Shown one piece after another: positions 47,045 to 60,652 of a DNA stretch of 64,000 nucleotides. The notes below the pieces were generated by a model. That model was not told where the DNA came from, made no database searches, and worked only from the letters and a program-made list of their open reading frames with translations. Every line of letters begins with the position of its first letter. Position 1 is the stretch's first letter. Source of the stretch: Plasmodiophora brassicae (lineage: Eukaryota); assembly GCA_036867785.1 (NCBI GenBank), contig CP145411.1, positions 496,001 to 560,000 of the forward strand. Reading direction: 5' to 3'. The position numbers and the translations under genes are program-made.

Positions 47045-49766
47045 TTATTTCGTGTCGTCCACGATGCCGTCCAGTCGAGCCTTCAGTCGCACCCGGAACG
47101 GCTGAGCCAGACGTGGCGCGGGGCGGAACGGCACCCGCAGGCGGTCGTCGTGCGCGGGTGGCGAATCCGGTGTGGGTTCGGTTTGCGCTGGTTGTTCGGG
47201 GTCTGGGTTCTCGTGTAATGACCGGGAGATGCGCTCTTCGATGGCAGAGGTGTCGACCCGGATCTCGCGCAGCGATCGGATCAGCGTCGTACGCCTCTCG
47301 GTCGTGTCGACAATCACGTCTTCTTCATCATCGTCATCATCGCCGTCGTTATCGTCCTTGCTGCTGGCGGTCCGTCTCCAGGGCGTCACGATATGAGCAG
47401 GCCGGGGGTCGACCACACGAATACGCCGCCTGGCTGTTTCAGCTTGGTCCTTGGCCTCGATCGGTTTCCGGCGAGGCCGCCCGTGACGGGCACTCGACGT
47501 CGCTGGTGCGTTCGCCATCTGCTTGAATCGTTGAAGTTCGCGCTCCCAGCGTGTTACCGCTCGCGTGCACTGCCGAAGCAGACCCTCAACCCGGTTCTCA
47601 AACGTGTTGTTCCCGGATGGCAGTCTGTCTTTCGTCTCGGCCGGGGTCGCTTCCTGCAACGCGTCTCGCACCAGACGGCGAATGGTCACTGAAGGGTCGG
47701 CAATCGTCCGGGATCTCGACGGCGCCTTCTCAGCCTTGACCTCGATCGACGGACGCTCCTTCTGTGGTTCGCTCTGGACGCAGGCAATGTCTCGTTCGTC
47801 CTGATCGCAAGAAGGTTTGAAGACGGCGGGCGGGTTCGGTACCGCGGCGACCTCGCCCGGCGGCCTATGGAGGATACGACCTGCTGCTTCGGATTGGTTG
47901 CCGACCATGACGACAAAGGGCGTGTTGGGGTCATCGCAGAAGATGTGTATGCCGGGTGATGATTCAGCTGGCTTTGCAGGGGGCGACACATCACGAACGA
48001 GATATGGCGCAAGCGACGCCGAGCACCCGCCGCGAACATCCGGCAGGGCGCGCTTCGTCAGGTCGGTCTTGGCTTGCAATCGGGCTTGCTCGTGCACCTG
48101 TGCTGAATCGACCGCGGAGACGGCGTCAGGCCAGCGGCAACGGATCGTCTGTAAAACATCGTCCAGTTCGTCTGCGACCTTCTTCAGCGACGACGGCGGT
48201 GCCTCGACCACTTGCATGCACGGGCGACGCTGCGGTATCGAGACAGGCGGTGGCACGACCGCGTCATCGCGTTGTTCGGTGGGGACTCTGTCTACGTCTG
48301 GAACCGCCACCCCCGTCTCTGTCCTCGTATCCGTGTCTGTCGTGGCCCTTGACGTTTCTTCAGGCGTTAGGCGCTCTGTTCTTTCCGTTGTTACTCCTTG
48401 GCTGGCGGTTCGCCGGTGTCCTGACATGCTGGCTCTGGAAGGTGCCTTCGGGACCGGGGGTGCAGGAGGCGCGATTTCCAACTCCTGCAGTGGGTCCTCC
48501 TTCCACGACCGTCAGTCCGACCGTCATGCTGGGATAGTCTTTGTGCACATTACATGTGGGAAACGCGATGGAGCTGATGCTCGGTCTCTGGTCAGTACAG
48601 GGTGCTGTTAACCGACAGCACTGCGTAAGTGGGACGTTGACGAGATCTGGGCCGGTTGTTACTTACTCTCAGCAACTGCTCGACAGTGTTAGCCTCGTTA
48701 TCTGGGTCCAGGCACAAAACGATGAAATCCAGAAGGACCAACGAGCAGTTGCCAGATACAACGAGGCTATTCAGCATCTAATGTGTAACAGGCATGAGCG
48801 TAGGCGGGTTTTGAACTGGGTAGAACGTACGCGATCTGGGTCGTCGTTACAGTCCTGTCCCATTAGCAGTCGGAGAGCGGTGACGCCCAGGGCATGCACA
48901 TCTTCGGAATGATCGAATAAGCGGCAACCATCCTGGGGCCTCTCAGCCAGCGTTATTGCTGCATCCATGAACCCTCCTGATACCAAACTGAGCCATGACC
49001 ACGTAAGCGGGCTGGAGAAAGACCCGTGTATACCCAGGCGAAGGTCGCCGTGCGTCCCGACGAAGACCGTGTCGCAGGAAACATGGCGGTGCTGAAGTTG
49101 CCGACGATGGAGAACGGCGAGGCCTCGTAATATCGACGCGCAGACATCGATCACTTCTGCTTCGACGATAGCCTGGCGGCTGGTCTTCCCTAGTATCGTT
49201 AATACCGTCGTACATGTTCCGTCCAGTACGACCTAAGTTTGGGATCGTAAGGGCAGGTCCCGGCATTGAGGGATCCAACAACAACATACGTAATGGCGGG
49301 AGTCACGGTGGAACCTCCCAATCGCCGGCAGCGTGCAGGACGGGTCGTCTCGTAGGCAGGCATCAATGAGGTCGATGACCGCGCGAACACCTCGGTCCTC
49401 GCGTTCCGCGACGTTGTCCCCGACAACAACAACCATACGTTTGCCATCGAACGCCTTGTACAGTGTGAACCCACCACCGCTGCGATACGTCATCAATAAC
49501 AGCGCGCCCCTGGCCATGACGGCAACGCCTACGTACCATACCCGGCCAGCGTCGAGAAACTCTACATTGGCGAACGGCGTTCTGTCGTCGCCACCCCAAC
49601 GCCTGTCAGACGCGGCCATCGGCTGCTGCGATTCATATTGCGCTTGCGCGGCCATCCCAATGACATCTGGACCCGCAAGCGGGTACAGCGGTTCTGCCTC
49701 GCACAACCCGCTGCTCCAACCGAGATCGCTATGTATGTAGGTAGGCAGGTAGGTAGTGTGGCCCAC
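47045..49766 (-). CDS. Protein-kinase-like (pseudokinase) with long low-complexity C-terminus
   Basis: GGGFTLYKA, ILRGLAVLHRRQLQHRHVSCDTVFV..DLRLG, EDVHALGV; 478-aa terminal ORF at 47045-48481. Confidence 0.6.
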
Positions 49767-49911
49767 AACTGGAGACCAACTTGGTGGACAGGTTTTAGGG
49801 GAACCGCAGGTTGCGGGAGGCGGGAGCGCTGTTTTTGCGACGGCCAGCCCCCTTCACTTCACTCTGTCCAATCAGCCGCAGAGCTGCATATTTGCACCAA
49901 AGTAGAGTGGT

Positions 49912-52900
49912 ATGTACGAGGCGTCGTCGAGCAGGCGTCCAAGCAGCGGCAAGCAGGAGATCGGGGTGGAGAAGCGCCGCCGGCTGGCCCCTGGAGCAGG
50001 TGGTTCGCGGGCGCCCAGCGCGTTGCACGAACTGATCGAAGGCGGCGGCCACGTCGTGCTGAGCCGGGATCACCAGCCGCATCTGATCAGTCAGTGTGGG
50101 TTCCGGATTGGCGTGGGCATTGGTTGAGGTGAGATTGTATGGCGTAGATAATGGGCCTGAGGTGCGATGGTCTCTGGAGCGGAAACTGAGGGATAACCCT
50201 ACCGTGATCAATGAGTCAGATACATCGTCATGTTGCGTGGTCCAGCTGCCTGAATGTTTACCATGACCCAGGTTCATCAAGGAATTGGAATCGCTTCTAG
50301 AAGATGATAGCGAGCTCAGGAAGATCCTTCAGCCGTCGGCGACCAGTGGTTCGGACGAAGGCGATGTAATGCGATCGTCCGGCGAAAGTCTAATGCGCGT
50401 CCTGTTGGGAGTCCCGTCACTTCAGAAATCGCTCATCAAGTACCTCCTGGGGAGGATGCCTGAATTTTGCGAAGGCCAGGAGTAGGTTATCTGGCGCCTG
50501 TCTGCTGGTACCTGATCTGATGTTAACTCGTGCCACGAAGCAATTCGTCCCTCTGGACAGACGTCCCCCGGCTTATTCTGCATCAGCTGCGGTTCATGGA
50601 TACTGTATTCGATCAGGAAGATCTGATTGCTGCGCTGCTGGAACTCCTTGCCGCCTGTCCAGCATCGCTCCAGAAAGAACTTGTATCTGCAATTCCTGAT
50701 ATTGTCACCGATGGCGACCATTCGACTCTTGTCCTTGCCCTGCAAGAACTGATGGCGGATGATACCACGTTGACCGTAAACGTTCTCGATGCTCTGTCGA
50801 ACCTGGACATTGACGATACTCTAACAGTGCGTGTACGTTCGCCGCGCCCCGCTCACAATTTAATGTTGCTATTTGCAGGCAACAGTTCGGGATTCGGTCC
50901 AGTCGTTGCTTGACTCGTCTCCGGTTGACGATTTGCCAGTCATCATCAGATTCTTGCTCCAGACTTGCGACAAGAAGGATGCCGAAAAGGTGGCTGTGCG
51001 CACGTGACTTACGACTGTTCTACTCAGCGTATCGTCCTAGGTTGTGGCTTCCATCGCTGATAGCCTCAAGACCTTGGGGAGAGGGTCGGGCAAGCAGAGC
51101 GATGACGGCGTCATCCTCGTTATTGGTTAGACAAGGCAATTTAATAATTCAGTTTTAAGCTGACTGCGTTGCTTCGCAGAGCAAATTCGCCTTGGAATGC
51201 AACATCACAAGCGTCTGGAGACGGCTTGGTTGAAATACCTATCGACACTTGGCTCTCAACCTGCCGAGTTGTCACCCATTGCCGTTTGGTGCTTAGTTTT
51301 GCTCTCAGCTAACCCGGCCTATTCGACTCGGATAATCTCGATTGCAAAGAAATGGTTCAACGCCGAATGTGACAACGTCAATGGGGTACTGCGGCAAGCC
51401 CTTGTTCCCAGTAGCGAAGTGTGCGCCCTGATTTCCAAACCCGCTCTAGCACTCGCTGAGGTTGGGCCATGACGTACAGGTGGCTTACGGCGGATTACTA
51501 TGTTTCTGATATTCTTGCAGGTTATGATGCGCAGCGGTGATGCTACCCTCCAAGATGCAGCATGCCTAGTGTACAATTCTGTCTTTCAGCAGCTATCCAC
51601 CAGCACGCCCATCAAACATGTACTACCGTTGCGCCGTAGCAAACCTCTCATGACGTGGCTTTGTTCCTCAGGATATTGTGTCGTCTATAGTCACCCATAT
51701 TGGTTCCGGCGCCCCACGCGAAATGGACCATGCACTATCGCTTCTGGAAACCATGTGTACCAGCTCACCTCGTGAGATGGGACCATACCTCCCCTACGTC
51801 AAAGGAATCCTTGATTATTGCCATCGAATGACCAGCTTCCAGATTCGAACGTTCTTTAATGCGGTGGCAAAGGTAACACACCGTTTGTCTATCGGTATAC
51901 ATCTTTGAAGCCGGGCTGTTGGCAGTGCTATGCTGGCATGGCGAATGGGCGTCCTATGTCGATCCTGGACAATGCTTCAGATTTGATCATATTCATCAAG
52001 AAGAACTTTTCCCAGCCAAATTTTGTATTTCAGCGTGTCGGTATAATCGGGGCGTTGTCTTTCATCGCTCAAATAGGTGCAGTAGCATTCTTTTACTGAA
52101 CCTTGCTAACCGTACTCACTGTGTGTCCCAGCTCCTCGTGATTCTAGCGGCGCGAATCAAGGTAGCGAGCTCGACCTAATCCTCTTATCACCTCTTGCCG
52201 AATACACCAGCAAGTCATTTGTAAGTATCCCACCGTACGGAATGAGTGCCACTAACGTCCGCGTGCAGGGGTCAGCGGCGTTTCTCTGCGAGCAGCTACT
52301 GATTTTCCAGCGCACCATCCATTATGACGTTGTCGATCAGATTGCGAGGTACACTGCCGTTAGTCTCTTTGTTGTTGACAGTGCTGAAATAATTTAGTCG
52401 GATTCTCAAGGTGTACGCAGAGGCGTTTCTGTCGATACCTGACATTGGACCAGCAGTTGTCAGAGAGCATCCGAGGCTCCGGGTAACAGTGTCTTCATAG
52501 AGCACCGTTCATGCTGTAACCGGTGTTTGCCAGTCTGAACGGATGTATGGCTTCCCGGGCAGCGATGTCTGTATCCAGATTCTACCGGTTTTGTGTGACC
52601 GCGAAAAGCATGATGCATTTCAGATGCTCCCCTCCATGGCTGAACTGCTCAGTGAGTATGGTCGCGACCAGTCTGATGTGCGCGAAGAAGATGAAGATGG
52701 CCTTGTAACTGCTTCGGTTACACTTTTCGATTACGGCGTGCTAGAAGACATTGACTGCTTGGATAAGGAATCCATAGTCATTGCTTTCAGCGCGCTGCTT
52801 CACGCCGCGAACTGGTTCAGAGCGATCCTAAACGCGTTTTCTGGAAGTCTTGATGAGACAATAATCAGTAGGTGGTGCTCGTTATTGTTCGGCTCCACAC

Positions 52901-55022
52901 CCTGAAGAAAGTTTTACGTTTAGGGAATTGTATATCTCGTATCGCCGATATCATCGATATCATTTCGCGAATGAAACAGTTTCCAAGTGACGTCGTGTCT
53001 TCTCTGGTACCGATTGGCCTACCTGCTACGAAGCGAGCACTGTTAGCTACCTCTAAGGTACCAGGTTGACGGTGTCCTTTGCCTGCCTCTAATTCGGTTA
53101 GGTATCCAAAACGAAAAAGTCCAGTGACGAGGTTATAAGTTCCAGACTTGAGGGACTGATGCGGCCATTCACGGTACCCTGTTATGTGTATGCATGACTG
53201 CTCGACCTGACACGGTATGTCGAAGCCACGGGTCTTTACGTTGCTGACGCAAGAGGTCCAGTTTTCTGTTTCAACTGCCTCAGATCAGGACCGAACTATG
53301 GGCGTCATGCATGTCCGTTATCTCATCACTCGCATATGTGTTCAGTCTTGACTGGCTGCTCCTCAGGTCGATATGCTTCTGTACGTGCTCGCTGAGCTAC
53401 ACGAGTCCCTCAAGGGCGCTCTGTCGCGTACGGTGACTATTCGATCCCCCAAGCGTTCCCCGGCGGGCGGTGATGACAGGTTCCAGTGCGACGCGCTGGA
53501 CTACCTTGCACTGCTCGGGTACGGAAAGCAGAATGACGTCACCGATTGTGGTCGCCGACGCGTGTTCTGGTGCCTCGGCGAGCATCTACGTCGACTTTTG
53601 AATCCTGGCGATGAAGCCAGGCTTGATGAGCTCGATAGCGTTAGTGCTGTGTGACGAAACTTTGTTGCCATTTCTAACTGTCGCCACCTTATAGGATGTG
53701 GTGGAGCGCTGCATTTCAACCATTCTCCGATGCCTTCACCTTTGCATTAATTGTTCGTCACTGAAAGCTCCAGCCGGGCAAGCCGTTTTGGTCGCCATCA
53801 TAACCGATTTCTGCTCGATCGAGGGGGATCACGGTGAGAACATCCGCCTTGGTGTTGCCCGTCGCAACCTGGCGGACAGACTGTTAGATCTGCTTCCGAC
53901 TGAGCTCCCGCCGACCGTTCCAGTAACAATATGCCAAATTGTTGCCGATCTGCTCGAATCATCCTCCATCGACGACCATGGTCGCCTGTCCCAACGATTA
54001 TCAGCGAGCGCATTCGCCCTCTTGACCGAGCACTGGCGCGATGAGTACAAACCGAAGGCAAGCAATGTTGGCGTACTTGCGAACCTATACATCAACTACG
54101 CGCCGCATCCCTGCCAAGTCATCCGTTTGTTCGCGACACGGTATTTCCCTGCCATCATTCGCCGGCGCAATGTTGAGGGCGAAAACGACAACGAGGAAGA
54201 TGCCCCGCCCCCGAAGGCCCTGAACAAGCAGACGCTGGTCTATTTCCTCAAATCGGTCCGCGAAAACCTTTCGGAATGCTGGTGTTCTTCTGACCGTGTA
54301 TTGCGGCAGTGCCTGACGCATCTGTCCAAGTCACTAGACATTTCCCGAGGCAATGTCCTAGAATTCGTCGGGGACCTGACCACCAGAGCTGAACTGTTTG
54401 CCCAACTACAGGAACTGGTGGCGTCGTTTGCCAAGACGAGGTACCACCGTGCATATGCGCCGTCGTCCACAATGCTGCCAGCTTACGTCCTTCGCCCAGT
54501 GCTCTGAATGTCGTTATCCACGCTGGACAGTCATTTGTTGATGGCATCATGAAGCACTTCCCGTACCTCAGCAAGAATTTCGATGGCTACCGCAAGCCGA
54601 TCATTCACCTGATCGAGGTCGTGCAAAAGTCCACGCGTATCATGCAACGCATCTGCGCCCACGTCAAGTCGCTGAAAACGGCGTCGCTCTCCGCACGCGT
54701 CCCTGCCCTTAAGCGCACGCTGGAGGCCTTCATCTTCAAAGTCAAGGAGCTGTTCATCTCCAACGACATCCTGGCCGTCGCGAAGTTCTCCTGCTCGAAC
54801 CTCAAGCACCGGACGATTGACGGTCGCGTCGTCCGCGACAGCGACGCCGAAGACAACGAGGGATCCGACGAAGACGACGACGTACCCGAAGACGAAGAGG
54901 GGGACGGCGACGAAGAAGAAGACGGCGACCCAGACGAACCCGATGAAGAGATGGAGGAAGATTCAGGCCTAGTCGACGACGATGAACGCACCGTCGACGA
55001 CAACGACATGGACACCGTGTGA
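49912..55022 (+). CDS. FANCD2: Fanconi anemia group D2 protein, multi-exon
   Basis: SLMRVLLGVPSLQ, PRLILHQLRFMD, LDALSNL, VKGILDY, IFIKKNFS..GIIGA, QKSTRIMQRICAHVK, NLKHRTIDG, acidic tail. Confidence 0.92.
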
Positions 55023-56205
55023 ACATGCCCCCTCCTGGCATTCTCCATACAGACGTCTAACATGACGCCAGCAGTGGCCGTCGTCCTATAGCCCAAGACT
55101 GCGCGTCGATCATCAGGTGCAACTGCCGCGGCGCCAGGGCTCAACGGCCGGCGCGGGTGCGTCTAAAAACGTGTCATGTGCGGCGCCATTTCAAGCGTCA
55201 CCCCAGATTGGTCATCCCATCGCCAACCAAAGGTCGTCGTTGGCCGCTCCGGGCCCATCCCGCTGCCGCCTGTCAGCTCGTCCGTCGGCGTTCGCGAGCG
55301 TCGTCGAATTTCGCCGACTGTTGGGGCGCACGCGTTCGCATAACGCGCGCAGGGCTGTTGTTGTCCACACGTGGCATGGGTCGACCCGTACGACAGGCGA
55401 GCAAGACCGCTCGCCCGCGTGTCGTCCGCGTCTCTAGCCGTGTGTACCGTCGTGTTCAGGCACGGTTTCAAGCCGGGGCCGCGTTCGTTCGTGTCCAAGG
55501 TGAGGCGCCGCGCGATGGGGTTGCCACGGTGGCTTGTACTGAGAGAGACGCGCCCCAGGGGTCGGTGTCTTCGCCCGTCAGGGTCGGCATGTCATGTGCC
55601 TGGATTCAGGGAGGAAGATGCGCCCGATGCCAACGGACAGCAAGGCGGTGCAGGCGTCGTGGAGTGTCCGGTTCGTGGGGCGCACCAAGACGATGCTGAC
55701 GCCGGCCGTCTTCATGATTCGGCTCGTGCTTCAAGGTCGTCCTCGTCGTCAGCACCGCATGCACAGGTGTGCATTCTGTGGACGGTGCGCACCATCCCTG
55801 GCTGTTTGCGGTCGTTGTCGCTCGGCACGATGTAAGCTGGCGCGTTGCGATACCATAACGCGTTGCTGATTCGGCGGGTTCGTCTAGACTGTAACCAGCA
55901 GTGCCAGGTGTCACATTGGGTGGAACATAGGCTACGCTGCACGCCACCATCCGAAAGAGATACCACCGCGTCTCGACGTGTCGACAAGTAGTCGTGGATC
56001 GAGGAGCGAACTCGTGTCTTGGTTTTCGGCGACCAAGTCGGTGGGCGCAGCATATAAAGTGACTAACAAACTGGGAGACGCTTGCTTACTCTCGCCCTGG
56101 CATGGCCGGTTGGCGATTGGGCTGGGCCTCCTACATACAGCGACTAGTCCCAGTGGTAGAATACCGGTGTAGCCCGGTGGATCGGGTTGCTCACAGCCTG
56201 GAACG

Positions 56206-56907
56206 ATGGCGTACTGGTTGGTCATCACGCTGGCGGTGCTCAGCGGCGCGGACGCGTTCCCGATCCCGTTTAGCAGTTGTGCAGGGAACCAGGCTGATGA
56301 CGCGTCCCGCCTTGTGATCAAATCCGTCCGCGCCATTTGACGCCTGCCCTACGCCACCTCGTTGAACGATGAATGCAGATTGACATCTCGCCGTATCCCG
56401 TGAAGCCTGGTGGGTCGGCGCTGGCCAACATCGGCCTGTCCATCAAGAAGAAGGTGGACCATGGCAGCCACTACGACCTGAAGGTACATCGGCCTGCGAA
56501 CCGCGCTGAACGGGCAAATAACCGCGCCGTTCGATTAGATCTACATGGACAAGTACGAGCTCGTACACGAAAGCGGCGACCTGTGCGCGCTCAGCGCCAC
56601 CTTCACGTGCCCGAAGGACGCCGATGACAGCGCCGTTCTTCAGTATAAGTTCCAGTTTCCCAGAGTCCCGTTCGCCGGCAGCCTTCGCCTTCATCTAATG
56701 ATTTGGAACCAGAACAACCAGGAGCGTACGTCCACATCGATATTACAGGAACGCTGTATGGTGGAATTGAATACTGCTGCAGTCTGCTGTGTCGACTTCT
56801 CGATCGACGTGAGGCTGGTCGACGGCAAGACCGTGATGGTGGAGAAGGACTACCTGATGGAAGAGGTGCAGAAGCTTATCGACGAGTACAGCGGCGCTGA
56901 TATGTAG
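56206..56907 (+). CDS. Secreted ML (MD-2/NPC2-like lipid-binding) domain protein
   Basis: Signal peptide, FSSC, IDISPYPVKPG, GDLCAL..TCP, VCCVDF; four exons. Confidence 0.8.
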
Positions 56908-57017
56908 AACGGTCGTTGGTGCTGCTTCTCGCCCACGTGATGTCTATACAACGCCTCGTGATTACGAATACGTGTGCACACCGACACCGTCGTAGAAGAA
57001 GGTACCCTCGTTGTATT

Positions 57018-58589
57018 CTATGCGCCGGCCGAGCCTAGTTTCAGATGTTTGCCAAGATCACCAGCGTTGATTTTGCAGAGCATCTCAACGACCGTCACCG
57101 AGATCAGGTCGAACTTGACATCTTCCTGTCTCTGCGTCGTTAGATCCTTGATCTTGACCCGGCAGTCCCTGATCTCGTCCTCGCCAATGACAATGGCAAC
57201 TTGGGCGCCGACTTTCGATGCCCACCGAAACATGGACTGGGCGGATGTATGCTCAAAGCGCTGGACGACCGTGAGACTCTCCGTCCGAAGGTTTCGGCAT
57301 ATCGCCATTGCCAAGTTCTCCCCATGCGAGCTGAGGACCACAACAGCAACCTCGGGTTTCGACACAGGAGCAACGATCTTCGGCTACAATCGGTACACGT
57401 CAGAACGGCACACGGCAACGGGGCACCAGATCCCAGCTGACATCGATGGCACTTTGCAGGAGGACGATTCGTTCAAGGCCGGCGGCCCATCCAACTGCAG
57501 GAACTGCGTTCCTCCAGCCGATCGCGAGACTTAGCTCGTTGTACCGGCCGCCAGCCAGCAATGTCATCTGCTGCTTGCCCAAGCAATCGTGCCGGTCCTT
57601 GGCGACGAACTCGAATGTCGTATCGCCGTAGTAATCCAGGCCCCGTACAAGTCGATGGTCATACTCGTGCTGAATGTCGAGAAGGTGAAGGATATTCAGA
57701 ATACGATTGAACGATGCCCTGCTGGCCTCGCCGATGAACGACTGCGCTCAGGGTCGTCAGACCCGACGTCAGGCAGATGGATCTAGAACGAACCTCTAAG
57801 CGGGGGGCGTCTCGCAAAGCGGCAATGTCGTGCTTGTCATTGGAATCCAGAATGCGCATGACGTGGCCGCGTTCTAAACGTTCCTGGCTCCTCTCGCTCA
57901 GCTCGCCGGCGATCGGTCGAAGATACTCGGTTAACGCCTCCGAGAAACCTGACATCACCACACGCGTCACGGGTTGGCTGGAACCAGTGCAACGGGAACG
58001 CCCAACGAACTGGATCGTGCGGCGGGGCACCCGAGGCAGTTGATCTTCAGCGTGACATGGTCGCGAACGCCGAGAAAGACCAGGCATCGGTGGGCCATCT
58101 CGATCAGCTCGGCATCGGCAAGCGGGCTGGTCTCATTGAGGTGCTCGACGCCGAACTGGCTGAACTGCCGAAACCGCCCTGCTTGTGGGCGCTCGTGCCT
58201 GAACATCGGCCCACAGTACATGATACGCTTGTTGACCTCGGCGATACGATCGCCACCATGGTGCAACGATGCGCGTAGGGCGCCGGCAGTCCCCTATGCC
58301 AGCACACGCGTTCAGAGCTTGAATACTTTGAAACACAGCAGGGTACCTCGGGGCGTAGAACGAGTTGTTCCTCATCCATCGTTGCGTCTAATGCGAACAG
58401 TTCTTTGCTGGCAACCGTATCACCATTGGCACGGTCGAACAACGAGCGGCGTTCGCAGACCGGCAGGTACACCGGTTTGAAACCGTACAGCTGCACGAGC
58501 GTTCGAAACCCGGCCTCGACATTCATCAGCGCGGCGCCATCCACAGCGAGCGCATCGCGAAACCCTCGTGCCGCACGAACCGTGGCCAT
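57018..58589 (-). CDS. HARS2: Histidine--tRNA ligase, bacterial/organellar type (N-terminal targeting extension possible)
   Basis: ARGFRD, LVLRPE, GPMFRHERPQAGRFRQFSQFGVE, LVRGLDYY, GGRYNEL, AVGWAAGLERI. Confidence 0.93.
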
Positions 58590-59181
58590 GCGCTTCGCAA
58601 AGCCGCAAATAGGGCGCGGGCATACCGTATCTGTTGTGGAGCCTGCCTGTCCCGCACCATGACGTGCCTATTCTAAATGCCGGCCGATATTACGCATTTG
58701 CATCATGGTGGGGCGCGCGTCTGACGTGCACGTCCTCCCGCTGCTGAAATTCGCTGTCGGAACCGTGTGCATGGTCCCAGCGACGGTCCTGGTTCTGGCC
58801 GGGGCGCAGACGTCCGTGTCCGTGTCGAACGGGGTCGCGTTCGCCGCGTTCGCTGCCGGAGCCGTCCTGATGTGCGCGACGGCATCGTCCGTCATCGGCA
58901 GCCTGGAGCGCGTCGCACGACTGACGAAACGCGGGCGCCGCGCCGCGGCCAACGGCTCATCCCGCGTTGCAGCTGCCTGACCGAGCAACAACAGAACAAT
59001 GAAAATGAAAACGGGGCAGTCAACGCGGTTTTCTGCTGCTGCCCTTTTCACCGACTGCGGTTGACTGGCGAGTGGCGACTGCGTCTGACTTGACGCTGCG
59101 CGGCGTGCTGGGGTGCAGTTCCGCACCACGGACATTACGACGTGCGGCTCCTCCTGCGGGCATCGGGGATCGGTCCCGGCC

Positions 59182-60652
59182 ATGATGAGTGTGATGATGA
59201 GGGAGCGAGAGACGGGCGCGTCCCGGCGTTGCATGTACGAGCGGGTGCCGCGGCGCCTCTGCCTGTCGTTGAGGTCGGTCCTGGGCGCCGATCATCCGTT
59301 GCTGCGCGAGGTGTCGCTTGGGTTCACCGGCTGCGGTCGGTTCCTGATCTCGTACAAGGTCGTTGTGTCGTCGGGGACGCTGCAGTACGTTTTGAACTTC
59401 TGGGACTGCCACGACCCGCATGATGTGCAGCTTTTCGTGAGTAGTCGCGTGTTTGCCAGTGCTGTCTTCGACTATGACCCTGTCCTGCCATCCGATAATG
59501 CCTTGGGCGCCGTCCTTGACCACAATCTCTCCGTTACCGTTGTGCAACCTGCGGATCACAGCTGTATTGTCGCTCTTGGATATTTCCGCCAACCGACGCC
59601 AGAGCAAACTCGGTTGAACTTTATCAGTATCATCCCCAGCACGTTCGATCCGACAGCTCCTCCATGTGCATTCCATTTCACATTGCAGAGTTATTATCCG
59701 CATTTCGAACTGGATCAGTCTAGCGGCGTTATCCACCCGATCGGGCAGGATGGGTCGGCCACTTTCCGGGTTGTTATTGACTGTTCGATTGCCATACGCT
59801 ACTTTTCGTTCACGATAGCGACTGGTGTCGAACCGCCAGCGCCTGGCACGATGTGGCCTGCTTCGTCGTAGGTATCTCATCGTACTGTCGCAGAGGCCGA
59901 CCTCTGATTTGTGGCAGTGTAGTAAGGTTCTTCTCCGAGCCGAAATTCCTGATCGACCCACTGTACACTCGTCCTTGCTCTCCGTCTCCGAAAGTGTCCT
60001 TCATTAAGTTTACGGCTGCGCCAACAGGATTTGAACCTGAACACTTCCTCGGTGAGAGAATAGCGAACCACAATCGTAGTGGAAGAGTCGTTCTCTTACG
60101 CGACTATAGCCTGCATCTATTGAAGACGGCTCCTTTCAGTATGTATGCGTTTGGAACGCAGTGGCGGTATCGTGACATGCAAATACAGGCAGTAGCATCG
60201 TGGCCGTTCTCGTGGCGAACTTGACGCAAGGCCCATCCAAGAAGCTGTGTCTGTTCACGTTGTCACTAGACTTCTGCACAAGTAAGCTATGCGGGTACAA
60301 GCAGTGTCCGAATCCCCTCACTCCGCCGCTTGTAGAATCCATTGAGATGCTGCCACAAGGTGGAGATCAGGAGATCTTAGATCGTGTTCGACAGCAGTTG
60401 TCGTCGAACTTCCCTCCCGCGCTTGAAATTGGCTCTCGGTACTGTTCGTCGCTGAAGGATATGTTAGATCAACGTGTCGTACGCGGTCGCAGAGCAGCAC
60501 AGTATGGCTTTGTCGGGGTGGTCTGATTCACACTCTCAGTTGTGCGTAGGGAATGCGTTACTCATCTGTGTAATTCGCCTGTGCTCAATGGCCGCTCACG
60601 TCAGTACCTGCTGAATCCTGTATACCCTTTTGCATTCCTTGCATATACATAA
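59182..60652 (+). CDS. DCAF15-like DDB1-CUL4 substrate receptor
   Basis: ERVPRRLCLSLRSVL..LGFTGCGRFLISY..YVLNFW resembles the DCAF15 N-terminus; ends LLNPVYPFAFLAYT*. Confidence 0.65.

Noticed and set aside
28414-55022. SSRP1, ATR and FANCD2 as a functional DNA-repair cluster
   Set aside because: They are interspersed with unrelated genes; proximity in a compact genome is not evidence of a cluster.
55100-56050. Possible gene between FANCD2 and the ML-domain gene
   Set aside because: Several overlapping ORFs, no recognisable motif or consistent exon chain.
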